DNA of 64,000 bases from Pseudomonadota bacterium (GTDB lineage: Bacteria > Pseudomonadota > Alphaproteobacteria > Acetobacterales > Acetobacteraceae). Positions 55,101 through 63,905 of the stretch are shown in pieces. Every line of letters begins with the position of its first letter. The first letter of the stretch is position 1. Below the pieces are notes generated by a model that saw nothing but the letters and a program-made list of their open reading frames with translations, searched no databases and was not told the origin of the DNA. The DNA lies in assembly GCA_021818505.1 (NCBI GenBank), contig JAKADX010000001.1:111432-175431 (forward strand). The letters run 5' to 3'. The translations under genes were made by a program, and so were the position numbers.

Positions 55101-55288
55101 CACGCTTCCCGTAATATTCTGACACTCTCGCGAATGCGAACGCGCAGGCCGGCCTTCGCGATGCAGAATAACTGCACCGCCGGGTCGCATGGATAAACAA
55201 AGCGCCAGTGCGCGCGCCGCCGGCGCCACCGCCAACGCCATCGGCGGCGCAAAGTTGGGAGCAGATCACCCCCGTGTCCTCCGCCTCG

Positions 55289-56347
55289 ATGTCATCCACC
55301 TCCGACGTGCTGTTGCCGCCACGTACCGCAACGCGCCTCGGCGATCTCGACCGCGTCAAGGGATTCGCCATCATCCTCGTGGTGTTCGGCCACCTGATCG
55401 CGCGCGACACGCCGCCGGGAGCACACTGGTACGATCCCCTGCGGATCACCGTCTATCTCTTCCACATGCCGCTGTTCATGTACCTGAGCGGCTACGTGAC
55501 ATTTCTTTCGGGGGCAGCGCGCCGCCCGCTGACGGATTGGCCACGCCTGGCACGCCGGCGCGCGACACGGCTGCTGTTGCCCTTCGTGCTGTTCGGCCTT
55601 GCCATCCTGATCGGCAAGCTGGTGATCATCCGCTTCGCGCCGGTGGACAATGTGCCGCCCGACATCTGGTCCGGTCTGCGCGCGCTGGTCTGGGACACAC
55701 GGCACAGCCCGGCGACCTCGGTCTGGTATATCTTCGTCCTGTTCGCCTTCTGCCTCGCCACGCCGCCGCTGCTGGCGCTCGACCGGAGCCGCGCGGTGCT
55801 GATCACCGCCGCCACCCTGCTCTATCTCCTCCCGTTGCCGCCGGTGCTGTATCTCGACCGCATCGGCACTTACTTCCTCTTTTTCGTCGCAGGCGGACTC
55901 GCCGCAGATGCGGGCGCGCGGTGGCACGCGATCATCGATCGCGTCTGGCCGTATGCGCTGGCGGCGCTGGGCGCCGTGGCGCTCCCGGTGGCGCTTGGCT
56001 GGATTCCGTTCGACTGGAGCGAGGGAAACGACGTCTTCCCCTACAAATGGGCGCTGCTGATCGGCGGCCTGCTGTCGATGCCGGCGATCCACGGGCTGAT
56101 GCGGCACGGCATCGCGGCGCAATCGCCCACGCTCGCGATGCTCGGCCGTTACGTGTTCATCATCTACCTGCTCAACACGGTGTTCATCGGCCTCACCAAG
56201 GCCGTGCTGCTGAGCTTCGTGTCATGGGACGGAGCCCATTTCCCGGCGGTCGCCGCGGCGCTGATGGCAGCGGGCCTCGGCGGGCCACTGCTCATAAAGC
56301 GCTGGGTGCTGCCGCATCTGCCGGCACTGGACCGCGCGACTGACTGA
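55289..56347 (+). CDS. Acyltransferase family 3 membrane protein
   Basis: 352 aa from ATG 55289. LDRVKGFAIILVVFGHL...YLFHMPLFMYLSGY. Multiple TM segments. Confidence 0.75.
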   Translation: MSSTSDVLLPPRTATRLGDLDRVKGFAIILVVFGHLIARDTPPGAHWYDPLRITVYLFHMPLFMYLSGYVTFLSGAARRPLTDWPRLARRRATRLLLPFVLFGLAILIGKLVIIRFAPVDNVPPDIWSGLRALVWDTRHSPATSVWYIFVLFAFCLATPPLLALDRSRAVLITAATLLYLLPLPPVLYLDRIGTYFLFFVAGGLAADAGARWHAIIDRVWPYALAALGAVALPVALGWIPFDWSEGNDVFPYKWALLIGGLLSMPAIHGLMRHGIAAQSPTLAMLGRYVFIIYLLNTVFIGLTKAVLLSFVSWDGAHFPAVAAALMAAGLGGPLLIKRWVLPHLPALDRATD

Positions 56348-57752
56348 GCCGCAACGGACGGTCGCCGCGACCGAGCGCCAGTCCAGCGGTGAGCGGCGCG
56401 AATCCGGCGAGCCAGGCGATGCGACTCTGGTAGCGGTTGTGCGGACCTGACAGCGCGCCGGTGATCGCGGCGTTGCCGAGCAGGCAGATCAGCGTCGCCA
56501 CGCACAGCGCCGCCACCGGGTTGCGCCGGTGCACGGCCGCAGCGATCGCTGCCAGCGTGGCCAGCACGCCCAGCGCCAGTGCTACCCGATGCATCGCCTG
56601 CAGCCAGTCCGCCACGCGCAGGTGCCCCAGGGTCTGCCGCGCCGCGTCGTAGCGGCGCGCCTCGGCCGGCGGGAAGTCGCGATGGATCACCGGCGTCACA
56701 GGGCCGGGCCAGGCCTCCAGCCCATCGCCGGTATCCGCCATGCCAAGCTGGCGGACGAGATCGCGCAGGGCGTGGCCCAGCACCGCCAGCGGTTCGTCGC
56801 GCAGGGCGGCGTGCAGGATTGCGCCGGCTTCCGCCGATACCAGCTTGGGGCCGCCGACCGCATAGAGCGGGCTGGACGGTTGCCAGAGGAATTCGTCGGA
56901 GCTGGCCGGCAACCCCTCGTGCAGCAGCACGCACAGGCGCCAGGGTTGCTGCGCGCAGTGCCGGCGCAGCGCATCCATCGCCGGCCCGTCATAGAGGCTG
57001 CGCGTCAGCACGAACACGTTGCCATATGGCGAGGGCGAGAAGCGGCCGTGGCCGAGCAGGTTCACCGTGGCCAGTGCCAGAGCGGCCGCCGCCACCGGTC
57101 CGGCGGCGCGCAGAAGACCCCAGGCCCCGAGCGGCGCTCGGGCGCCCAGGCGCCGGCGCAGCGGCACCAGCACACAGAGCAGCAGTGGTGCCAGCAGCAG
57201 GTTGGACAGATGCACCACAATCAGCGCCCCTGCCAGCAGCGCCAGCACCCAGACCTCGCGCCGGCCCAACCGGTCCGGCACAACAACCAGCAGCGCGAGC
57301 ACGATCGTCAACAATGCAGTGGCAAAATCGGGGATGAGGTCAGAGGTGACCCAGGGCAGCCCGGTCAGCACCGCCAGCATCGCCACCATCGGCCCCAGAT
57401 AGCGCGTGCTGCCGGCAAAGGCGCGAAGCGCCACGCGCAACACCAGAACCGTCAGCACCGCCTGCGCGATGATCACCGGCCAGGTGGTCAGCGTCAGATG
57501 CAGCGGAAGAATGAAAAGGGCGTAGAACACCGGCCGGTCCCACCCCAGGTGCCGCTCGACAACCTGAGACAGGTACGTTCCGGTGTCCGCGAACACCAGC
57601 GGATAGCCGTTCAGCAAGGCCGGCCACAGCAACAGCATCGCAGCAGCGAGCACCACAAGCAGATCGGTTCGCGGCCCGGAGCCGGCGGGTTCACAATCTG
57701 ACGAGACAGGAACAATGGGCATGGGGGTCTGATGACGTTGCGGTATAATCAA
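56292..57752 (-). CDS. Polytopic integral membrane protein of unknown function (possible GT-C-like glycosyltransferase)
   Basis: 486 aa. The N-terminal half has about 8 TM segments (LLVVLAAAMLLLWPALLNGYPLVFADTGTYL...). A soluble loop region and three C-terminal TMs follow. Functional assignment is speculative. Confidence 0.55.
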   Translation of the reverse strand: MIIPQRHQTPMPIVPVSSDCEPAGSGPRTDLLVVLAAAMLLLWPALLNGYPLVFADTGTYLSQVVERHLGWDRPVFYALFILPLHLTLTTWPVIIAQAVLTVLVLRVALRAFAGSTRYLGPMVAMLAVLTGLPWVTSDLIPDFATALLTIVLALLVVVPDRLGRREVWVLALLAGALIVVHLSNLLLAPLLLCVLVPLRRRLGARAPLGAWGLLRAAGPVAAAALALATVNLLGHGRFSPSPYGNVFVLTRSLYDGPAMDALRRHCAQQPWRLCVLLHEGLPASSDEFLWQPSSPLYAVGGPKLVSAEAGAILHAALRDEPLAVLGHALRDLVRQLGMADTGDGLEAWPGPVTPVIHRDFPPAEARRYDAARQTLGHLRVADWLQAMHRVALALGVLATLAAIAAAVHRRNPVAALCVATLICLLGNAAITGALSGPHNRYQSRIAWLAGFAPLTAGLALGRGDRPLRLSQSRGPVPADAAAPSAL

Positions 57753-57787
57753 AGCCGGTCATTGGGCGATAGGGGAGTAAATCATCC

Positions 57788-58360
57788 GTGCGCTCTTACA
57801 TGCGTGGCGTCCTCGCAATTTCGTTACTTTTCGTGATTCTGACCGTTGCGGGCTGTTCCGGGTTGAGCAGCCTGCCGCCGATCCCGCCGACCAGTGAAGC
57901 TGATTACGTGCTCGGGCCCGGCGACCAGGTGCGCGTCATCACCTTCGGCGACGAGCAATTGACCGGCGAATTCCGTGTCAAGGACGACGGCGACATTTCG
58001 CTGCCGCTGCTCGGCCCGATCAAGGCCGCCGGAAGGAACCCGACACAGTTGCAAAACGAGATCTCCAGCGCGCTGGTCAGCCGAAACCTCTACAAGAACC
58101 CGAGCGTGTCGGTCGAAGTCACGGCCTACAGGCCGGTGTTCGTACTCGGCGAAGTGACGCGGCCGGGGCAGTATCCCTACCAGCCCGGCATGACCGTGGA
58201 GACGGCCGTCGCGGTCGCGGGCGGCTTCACCTATCGCGCGGTGGAGGACGCGTTCGCAATCACACGTAACGTCCAGGGCAAGGTCATCAAGGGCCGCGGC
58301 GAACCGCAGACCAAGGTGCGGCCGGGCGACGTCATCAACGTCTACGAGCGATCGTTCTGA
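57788..58360 (+). CDS. Short outer-membrane polysaccharide export (OPX; Wza/GumB/ExoF-like) lipoprotein
   Basis: 190 aa. Lipobox LTVAGC, a Poly_export motif YVLGPGDQVRVITFGDEQLTGEFRVKDDGDISLPLLGPIKAAG and one SLBB-like module VFVLGEVTRPGQYPY. No C-terminal amphipathic helix. Confidence 0.85.
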   Translation: MRSYMRGVLAISLLFVILTVAGCSGLSSLPPIPPTSEADYVLGPGDQVRVITFGDEQLTGEFRVKDDGDISLPLLGPIKAAGRNPTQLQNEISSALVSRNLYKNPSVSVEVTAYRPVFVLGEVTRPGQYPYQPGMTVETAVAVAGGFTYRAVEDAFAITRNVQGKVIKGRGEPQTKVRPGDVINVYERSF

Positions 58361-58384
58361 CCGAGCCACGCGCCAGGCCCGGGA

Positions 58385-58412
58385 CGCGCGCTCACGGGAA
58401 CGCGAGCGCGCG
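58385..58412 (+). other. 9-bp perfect GC hairpin just downstream of the OPX gene
   Basis: cgcgcgctc-acgggaacgc-gagcgcgcg. No U-tract. Confidence 0.25.
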
Positions 58413-58538
58413 CCGACTAGCGGCGCGACGGCGAATTACATTATGGTGCCGGTGCGCAAAGCCGCATCGATTCTGGGTGTTTCAGCCGAGTACCGTGAGG
58501 AGATCAAGGAATTGCAGATAGAAGCAGGCTATTCGACG

Positions 58539-59903
58539 ATGTCCCGGGCACGAAACGTGATCCTGGCGGGGACGGGGATGCTGCTTCTGCCGCTAGCGGC
58601 GCGTGCCCAGGTGCCCAACAGCTATATGCTCGATCAGTATTTCGCCCAGGGCATACCCGGCTACGCCGCGCAGGAGGGGACGACGGTGCTCTCCCGCGCG
58701 CGGCCGGAGTACGATCCGCTCGGCATCCGCGTGGGCGATTTCATCGTCCGGCCCGAGCTGGATGAAAGCGTGGGCTACAACAGCAACGTTCTAGGAAGTG
58801 TGCCGGCGCAGGGCAGTGCGCTGGTCGAAACCAGCGCCACGCTCGCCGTCGGCTCCGACTGGGCGCGCAACAGTCTCGGCGGCAGCTTCAACGTCACCAA
58901 CACTCAGACGCCGAGCGTCCCCAACCAGAATAACACTGCCTGGAACGTGGCGATCGGCGGCAGCTATGACATCGGACGCGACACCCTGACGCTGGCTGCC
59001 ACGCATATGTACAATTTCATTCTGCCGTACCAGATCGACACGGTAGCGTTCAACATCCCCGGCGTAATGTATTTTACGCCCATCGCGTATTCCTTGAACG
59101 ATGTCCGTGTCGGCTATACTACCAATTTTGGGCGATTCAGCCTGACGCCTGCATTCGACTTCACCAACGTCACCTACGGTACGACCAGTTATTTCGGCGT
59201 CAATGGGTTCGTGCCACCGGAGCCGGTGAACGGCTTCGTGCTCGGCTCACCCGAAGACACGAGCTACCTCAACCACAACGTCTACATGGGCAGTCTGACG
59301 GCGCGGTATGAGTATGCACCGCTGCGCGACTTCCTTGCCGTGGTTCGCGGGGGCAGCATCCAGTACACCAGCCCCGGAAATCCCGTGCTGTATGGCCCGA
59401 GCCGCAACGGCACCGAATTCGACGGACTGCTGGGGCTCGACTACACCGCCAGCGGCGTGTGGCGCTATCGCCTGCTGGTCGGCTACGAGACGAGGCAGTA
59501 CCAGAACTTCAAGACCCACTCCGCGCCAGTGTTCGAGGCCGACGTGATCTGGCAGCCCGAGGCCGTCACCACGGTGACGCTGAAGGGCGAGCGCTCCATC
59601 GAGGATGCGGTGGACCTCGACGTCGCCGGTTATGTGCAGACGCAGGGGCGGCTGCAGGTCGACCACGAGGTGCGCCGCAATGTCATCCTCAGTGGCTACG
59701 GATCCATTGTGAATGCGCAGTATCTCGACACCGGCGGCGGGGCGGAGACGTTCTTTGGCGCCGGCGCCGGAGTGACGTGGCTGATCAACCGGAATGTCCA
59801 CCTCGCGCTGACCTATGACTGGCTCGATCACAACGGCGTGAACGGGTTTGGTCCGAACTACCTGCAGAACATCGCGATGCTGAAACTGAAGCTTGGCATC
59901 TGA
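58539..59903 (+). CDS. Outer membrane beta-barrel protein associated with polysaccharide export
   Basis: 454 aa from ATG 58539. Signal peptide MSRARNVILAGTGMLLLPLAARAQ. The body has alternating-hydrophobicity beta-strand character with many G/Y/N/T/S residues (GDFIVRPELDESVGYNSNV...). Confidence 0.65.
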   Translation: MSRARNVILAGTGMLLLPLAARAQVPNSYMLDQYFAQGIPGYAAQEGTTVLSRARPEYDPLGIRVGDFIVRPELDESVGYNSNVLGSVPAQGSALVETSATLAVGSDWARNSLGGSFNVTNTQTPSVPNQNNTAWNVAIGGSYDIGRDTLTLAATHMYNFILPYQIDTVAFNIPGVMYFTPIAYSLNDVRVGYTTNFGRFSLTPAFDFTNVTYGTTSYFGVNGFVPPEPVNGFVLGSPEDTSYLNHNVYMGSLTARYEYAPLRDFLAVVRGGSIQYTSPGNPVLYGPSRNGTEFDGLLGLDYTASGVWRYRLLVGYETRQYQNFKTHSAPVFEADVIWQPEAVTTVTLKGERSIEDAVDLDVAGYVQTQGRLQVDHEVRRNVILSGYGSIVNAQYLDTGGGAETFFGAGAGVTWLINRNVHLALTYDWLDHNGVNGFGPNYLQNIAMLKLKLGI

Positions 59904-59992
59904 ACGGATCGTCCGCCAATCGCGTGTCCGTGCAGGGGGCGGTGACCGACGATGGTTGCTCCTCAGAGAGCGCGCCCGTAAACAGGCTGGTC

Positions 59993-60355
59993 ATGGACCG
60001 CCCCAAAGTGTTGATCGTGGAGGACGAGTTCCTTATTCGCCTGACGTTGTCCGAGGCGTTATCGGACGATGGTTTCGAGGTGATCGAGGCCGGTAGCGGC
60101 GTGGAGGCGTTGCACGCCCTCCCCGAGCATGAGGACCTGGCGCTGCTGCTGACCGACGTGCAACTTCCGGGCGGAATGAACGGCTTGGAAGTGGCGCGGC
60201 GCGCGCGCGACATAAGGGCGGACCTTCCGGTCATTTACGTGACCGGCCGACCGGACGGTGCTGCCGCAGCGGCATCGGCGAACGAGGTTTTCATTGCCAA
60301 ACCCTACCTTCCATCGCAGGTCTGCACTGCCGCGCGGCGGCTGACCGGACGCTGA
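59993..60355 (+). CDS. Single-domain response regulator (REC only, CheY-like)
   Basis: 120 aa from ATG 59993. KVLIVEDEFLIR, phospho-acceptor context LLLTDVQLPGGMNG, VIYVTG and AKPY. Confidence 0.85.
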   Translation: MDRPKVLIVEDEFLIRLTLSEALSDDGFEVIEAGSGVEALHALPEHEDLALLLTDVQLPGGMNGLEVARRARDIRADLPVIYVTGRPDGAAAAASANEVFIAKPYLPSQVCTAARRLTGR

Positions 60356-60435
60356 GCAGCCCTGCCGTCCCGGGGCATCGACTCGCGTCATTTTGTGACC
60401 ATCTCCACCGGCGGGACGAGGTGACGGAGGGAAAC

Positions 60436-60795
60436 ATGTCCTCCTGGGGTATATGGCGCCGCGGTCGCGTCATCGCGACCTTCGCCGCCTTGCTCGCGTT
60501 CTCAGCCTGCGCCGCCTATGCGCCGAGTCCTTATTACGCTTACGGCTATGGGGCCTATCCCTACTACCCGGCCTATGCGGGCTATCCGGCCTATGCTGCG
60601 TATCCCTACGGGTATGACCTATGGGGCGGCTGGGGATGGCCGTTCTGGGGCTGGGGATGGGGCGGTGGCTTCTGGGGCGGCGGGTGTTGCTGGGGCGGAT
60701 ATCGCGGGTATGGCGGCTATGGCGCCTGGAACCGCGGTACCGGCATGGGCGGCGGGTTCCATGGCGGCGGGTTCGGAGGCGGCTTCCGCCACTGA
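60436..60795 (+). CDS. Gly/Tyr/Trp-rich low-complexity putative lipoprotein
   Basis: 119 aa. GGAGG-type SD lies 5 nt upstream of ATG 60436. The signal is RRGRVIATFAALLAFSAC, then YAPSPYYAYGYGAYPYYPAYAGYPAYAAYPYGY, WGGWGWPFWGWGWGGGFWGGGCCWGGYRGYGGYG and GGGFHGGGFGGGFRH. Confidence 0.55.
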   Translation: MSSWGIWRRGRVIATFAALLAFSACAAYAPSPYYAYGYGAYPYYPAYAGYPAYAAYPYGYDLWGGWGWPFWGWGWGGGFWGGGCCWGGYRGYGGYGAWNRGTGMGGGFHGGGFGGGFRH

Positions 60796-60796
60796 A

Positions 60797-61648
60797 CTAC
60801 TTCACCGCGCCCAGCGTCAGCCCTTGCACCAGATAGCGCTGCAGGAGGGCGAAGATGACGGCGACGGGCAACGTGGCCAGCAGGGTGGCCAGCATCACCT
60901 GGTTCCACTGCACGCTGTAGCGCCCGGCGACGAGGTTCACCACCCGCAGCGTCAGCGTAAGCTTGCTCGGGTCGCGCAGCATGGTCAGCGCAACGGTGAA
61001 CTCATTCCACGCCGCGACGAAAGTAACGATGGCGGTTACCGAGATCGCCGGCAGGGCGAGCGGCATGAAGATGCGCAACACCGCGCCGGCGCGCGTGCAG
61101 CCGTCCAGCCACGCGGCTTCCTCCAGGTCGCGCGGGATGGTCGCGAAATACGACGCCAGCATCCACACCGCGAAGGCAATGTTGAAGGCGCCGTAGATGA
61201 TGACGACACCGGTGCGCGTATCGACCAGCGTGCCGTCGCCGAACGGGATCGCCGCGGCCATGCGGAACAGCCCGAGCACCAGCAGGATCGGCGAGAGCAT
61301 CTGCGTGACCAGCAGGAAGTTGCGGTACAGGCCGCGTCCGCGCAGTTCAAGCCGCGCCATCGCGTAGGCAGCCGGGACCGCGACCGCAATCGCCAACGCG
61401 GTCGCGAGCACACTGATCAGAAGGCTGTTCGCTGCGGCGGTGCCGAAATCCGCCGCCACCCACATGTCGGTGAAATTGCGCCACGCGATATGGCTTGGCA
61501 GCCAGCGCGGTGGCCAAGCCAGCACCTCGTCGATCGGCTTGAGGCCGGTGGATAGCATCACCGCAAAGGGGAAGATTACCAGCACCAGCAACGGCGACAG
61601 CGCCAGCCAGCACAGCAGGCTTCGGCGCAGCATGCGGCCCGCGGTCAC
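60797..61648 (-). CDS. Carbohydrate ABC transporter permease (MalG-like)
   Basis: 283 aa, 6 TMs, and an EAA-loop-like EEAAWLDGCTRAGAVLRIFMPLALP. Confidence 0.85.
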   Translation of the reverse strand: MTAGRMLRRSLLCWLALSPLLVLVIFPFAVMLSTGLKPIDEVLAWPPRWLPSHIAWRNFTDMWVAADFGTAAANSLLISVLATALAIAVAVPAAYAMARLELRGRGLYRNFLLVTQMLSPILLVLGLFRMAAAIPFGDGTLVDTRTGVVIIYGAFNIAFAVWMLASYFATIPRDLEEAAWLDGCTRAGAVLRIFMPLALPAISVTAIVTFVAAWNEFTVALTMLRDPSKLTLTLRVVNLVAGRYSVQWNQVMLATLLATLPVAVIFALLQRYLVQGLTLGAVK

Positions 61649-62544
61649 GCCGACCGCTCCCGCTGCATCCGGACGTAGAGCACGGTGAAGCCGAACACGA
61701 TCGCCAGCATCACCAGCGACACCGCCGCAGCCGGTCCCGGCCGGCCGAGATAGAACGCCAACTCATACAGATACGTCACGAGGATATGCGTCGAGTTGTC
61801 CGGCCCACCCTTTGTCATTACCCAGATGATCGGGAACGAATTGAACACGTAGATGACGTTAAGCACGACCGCGATGTTGATGAAGCTGCGCAGCAGCGGC
61901 AAAGTCAGATGGCGAAACGCCTGCGCGCGCGTCGCCCCGTCGATGCTCGCTGCCTCGTAGATGTCGCCGGGAATCGAGGTCAGCCCGCCGAGCAGGATCG
62001 TGGTGGTGAACGGGATGGAAACCAGGATGCCGACACCGATCTCGATCGGAAAGGCGGTGTCGGCCCGCGCCATCCATTGCACATTGCGACCCAGCAGGCC
62101 GAGCTGACTCAGCGTGGCATTGACCATGCCGTGATCACCGTCGAATGCCCACAGCCACACGATCGCCGCCATCGACAGCGAGATCGACCAGGGCAGCAGC
62201 ACGAGCGTGCGCGCGATGCCGCGTCCCCAGAAATCCTGCACCAGCACCAGCGCCACGCCGGTCGAGATCAGCACCGTGCCGCCAACCACCGCCGCGGTCC
62301 ATTCCAGTGTGCGCAGCAGCGCGGCGAGGAAAATCGGATCGGCCAGCACGCGCGCGAAATTGCCGACCCCGGCGAAGCCGCGCACCTGGCCGAAGCGCGA
62401 CACGTCGGAGGCCGAGAGCCGCACGATCTCCCAGAACGGGTAGAGGATCACGGCCAGCGCCAGGGTCAGACTTGGCAGCACCAGCAGCCACGGGAGCAAG
62501 GCGCGCCGCATGCCGCGCCCTGCTCCCCGCTCCGCCCCCGTCAC
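61645..62544 (-). CDS. Sugar ABC transporter permease (MalF-like)
   Basis: 299 aa with EAA loop YEAASIDGATRAQAFRHLTLPLL. 4-nt overlap with the downstream permease gene. Confidence 0.85.
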   Translation of the reverse strand: MTGAERGAGRGMRRALLPWLLVLPSLTLALAVILYPFWEIVRLSASDVSRFGQVRGFAGVGNFARVLADPIFLAALLRTLEWTAAVVGGTVLISTGVALVLVQDFWGRGIARTLVLLPWSISLSMAAIVWLWAFDGDHGMVNATLSQLGLLGRNVQWMARADTAFPIEIGVGILVSIPFTTTILLGGLTSIPGDIYEAASIDGATRAQAFRHLTLPLLRSFINIAVVLNVIYVFNSFPIIWVMTKGGPDNSTHILVTYLYELAFYLGRPGPAAAVSLVMLAIVFGFTVLYVRMQRERSA

Positions 62545-62557
62545 GCGATCAGCGCGC

Positions 62558-63775
62558 CTACTTGCCGAGCGCCTGATCTGCCAGTTCGGCCGCGTGCTTG
62601 AGCGCCGGCGCCGGCTGGTCCTTGCCGAGATAGACCGACTGCACCGCGTCGCTCACCGCCTTGGCGGTATCTTCCCACCCCGTCACGGTCGGCGCGAAAT
62701 GCGCGTTGGGCAGCAGGTTGACGAAGGTTTGCAGCCGCGCGTTCTGGGCGAAATACGGGTCCGCCGCCTCCGCCTTGGTGGTCGGCAGGAAGCCCTCGCC
62801 CTTGGTGAACGCCACGCGCGGGTCCTTGGTGAACAGGAAGTCGAGGAACTTCCAGGCCGCTTTCTTGACCTTGCTGTTCTTGAACAGAACGACCGAGTCA
62901 GTCACCGCGTAGGTGGCGTTGCGCGTCTCCTTCGGCACCGGGGCGATGCCGTAGTTCAACTTCGGGGCCTCCTTCTCGATCTGATTGATCAGGAACGGCG
63001 CGGTGATCATCATCGCCACGCGGCCCTGCTTGAAAAGGTTCTGCAGGTCCTCGCGTGTGTAGTTGGTCGGGCCGTCCTCGGTATAGCCCTTGTCGATCAG
63101 CGATTTGTACATCGTCAGCGCCTTGACGCCGGCGTCGGAGGCGAACGCCGCCTTGCCGTCTTTCACCACGTCACCGCCATAGGTCCAGAGCGCGTAATAC
63201 CAGTACACGTCCGTCTCGATCGCCTTGCCCTGCAGGCCGAACGCGGCGATGCCCTGCGCCTTCAGCTTGGCAGCGTCGGCCGCCAACTCCTCCCAGGTTG
63301 CCGGCGGCGCGCTGATGCCGGCCTTCGCCAGCAGGTCCTTGTTGTAGTACATCGCGCGCGCCGAAGCCGCGATCGGCAGGCCGTAGGTCTTGCCGCCGAT
63401 CTGCCCGGGGGCCAGAAACGCGCCGATGAAGCGGCCCTTGAAGGCGCTGTCCATATACCCGTCAAGCGGCTCCGCCTGGCCGTCCTTGACGAAATCGAGC
63501 AGCCAGCGCGTGCCGATGATCGAAATGTCGGAGTTGGTGCCGCCGGAGATATCGGTCTGCAACTTCTGCAGCAGGTTGTCCCAGTTGACGACTTCGATCT
63601 TGATGTCGATCCCGGGATTGGCCGCGTGGAATTCCTTTGCCATCTGCTCGAAATACGGGCCGGTCTTGTCGCTGTAATAGGCCGCCGTCACCCGGACCGT
63701 CTCGGCCCGCGCCGCACCGGCGAGGCCGAGCGCCAGCGCCGCCGCCGCCAGTATCGTTCCGCTCCGTCGTGACAT
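62558..63775 (-). CDS. ABC transporter extracellular solute-binding protein (family 1, sugar type)
   Basis: Start MSRRSGTILAAAALALGLAGAARA at 63775 (405 aa). Typical SBP_bac_1 composition and operon position. Confidence 0.8.
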   Translation of the reverse strand: MSRRSGTILAAAALALGLAGAARAETVRVTAAYYSDKTGPYFEQMAKEFHAANPGIDIKIEVVNWDNLLQKLQTDISGGTNSDISIIGTRWLLDFVKDGQAEPLDGYMDSAFKGRFIGAFLAPGQIGGKTYGLPIAASARAMYYNKDLLAKAGISAPPATWEELAADAAKLKAQGIAAFGLQGKAIETDVYWYYALWTYGGDVVKDGKAAFASDAGVKALTMYKSLIDKGYTEDGPTNYTREDLQNLFKQGRVAMMITAPFLINQIEKEAPKLNYGIAPVPKETRNATYAVTDSVVLFKNSKVKKAAWKFLDFLFTKDPRVAFTKGEGFLPTTKAEAADPYFAQNARLQTFVNLLPNAHFAPTVTGWEDTAKAVSDAVQSVYLGKDQPAPALKHAAELADQALGK

Positions 63776-63905
63776 TCTCACTCTCTCCCCGATTGTTGGC
63801 ATCCGGCCGCGAAACTGGCCGCAGCCGGACCATCGCACACCTGGAAATCCGCGCCTACCCGCCTATGATGCGGGCGTGGAACGCCGCAGAAACGGAGGAA
63901 ACCCG

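Noticed and set aside
60600-60795. G-rich simple repeat or G-quadruplex DNA rather than a gene
   Set aside because: The frame is open from an ATG with a good SD and a lipoprotein-type signal peptide, and the amino-acid periodicity (YG/YP, WG, GGF) is protein-like. I kept it as a CDS with moderate confidence only.
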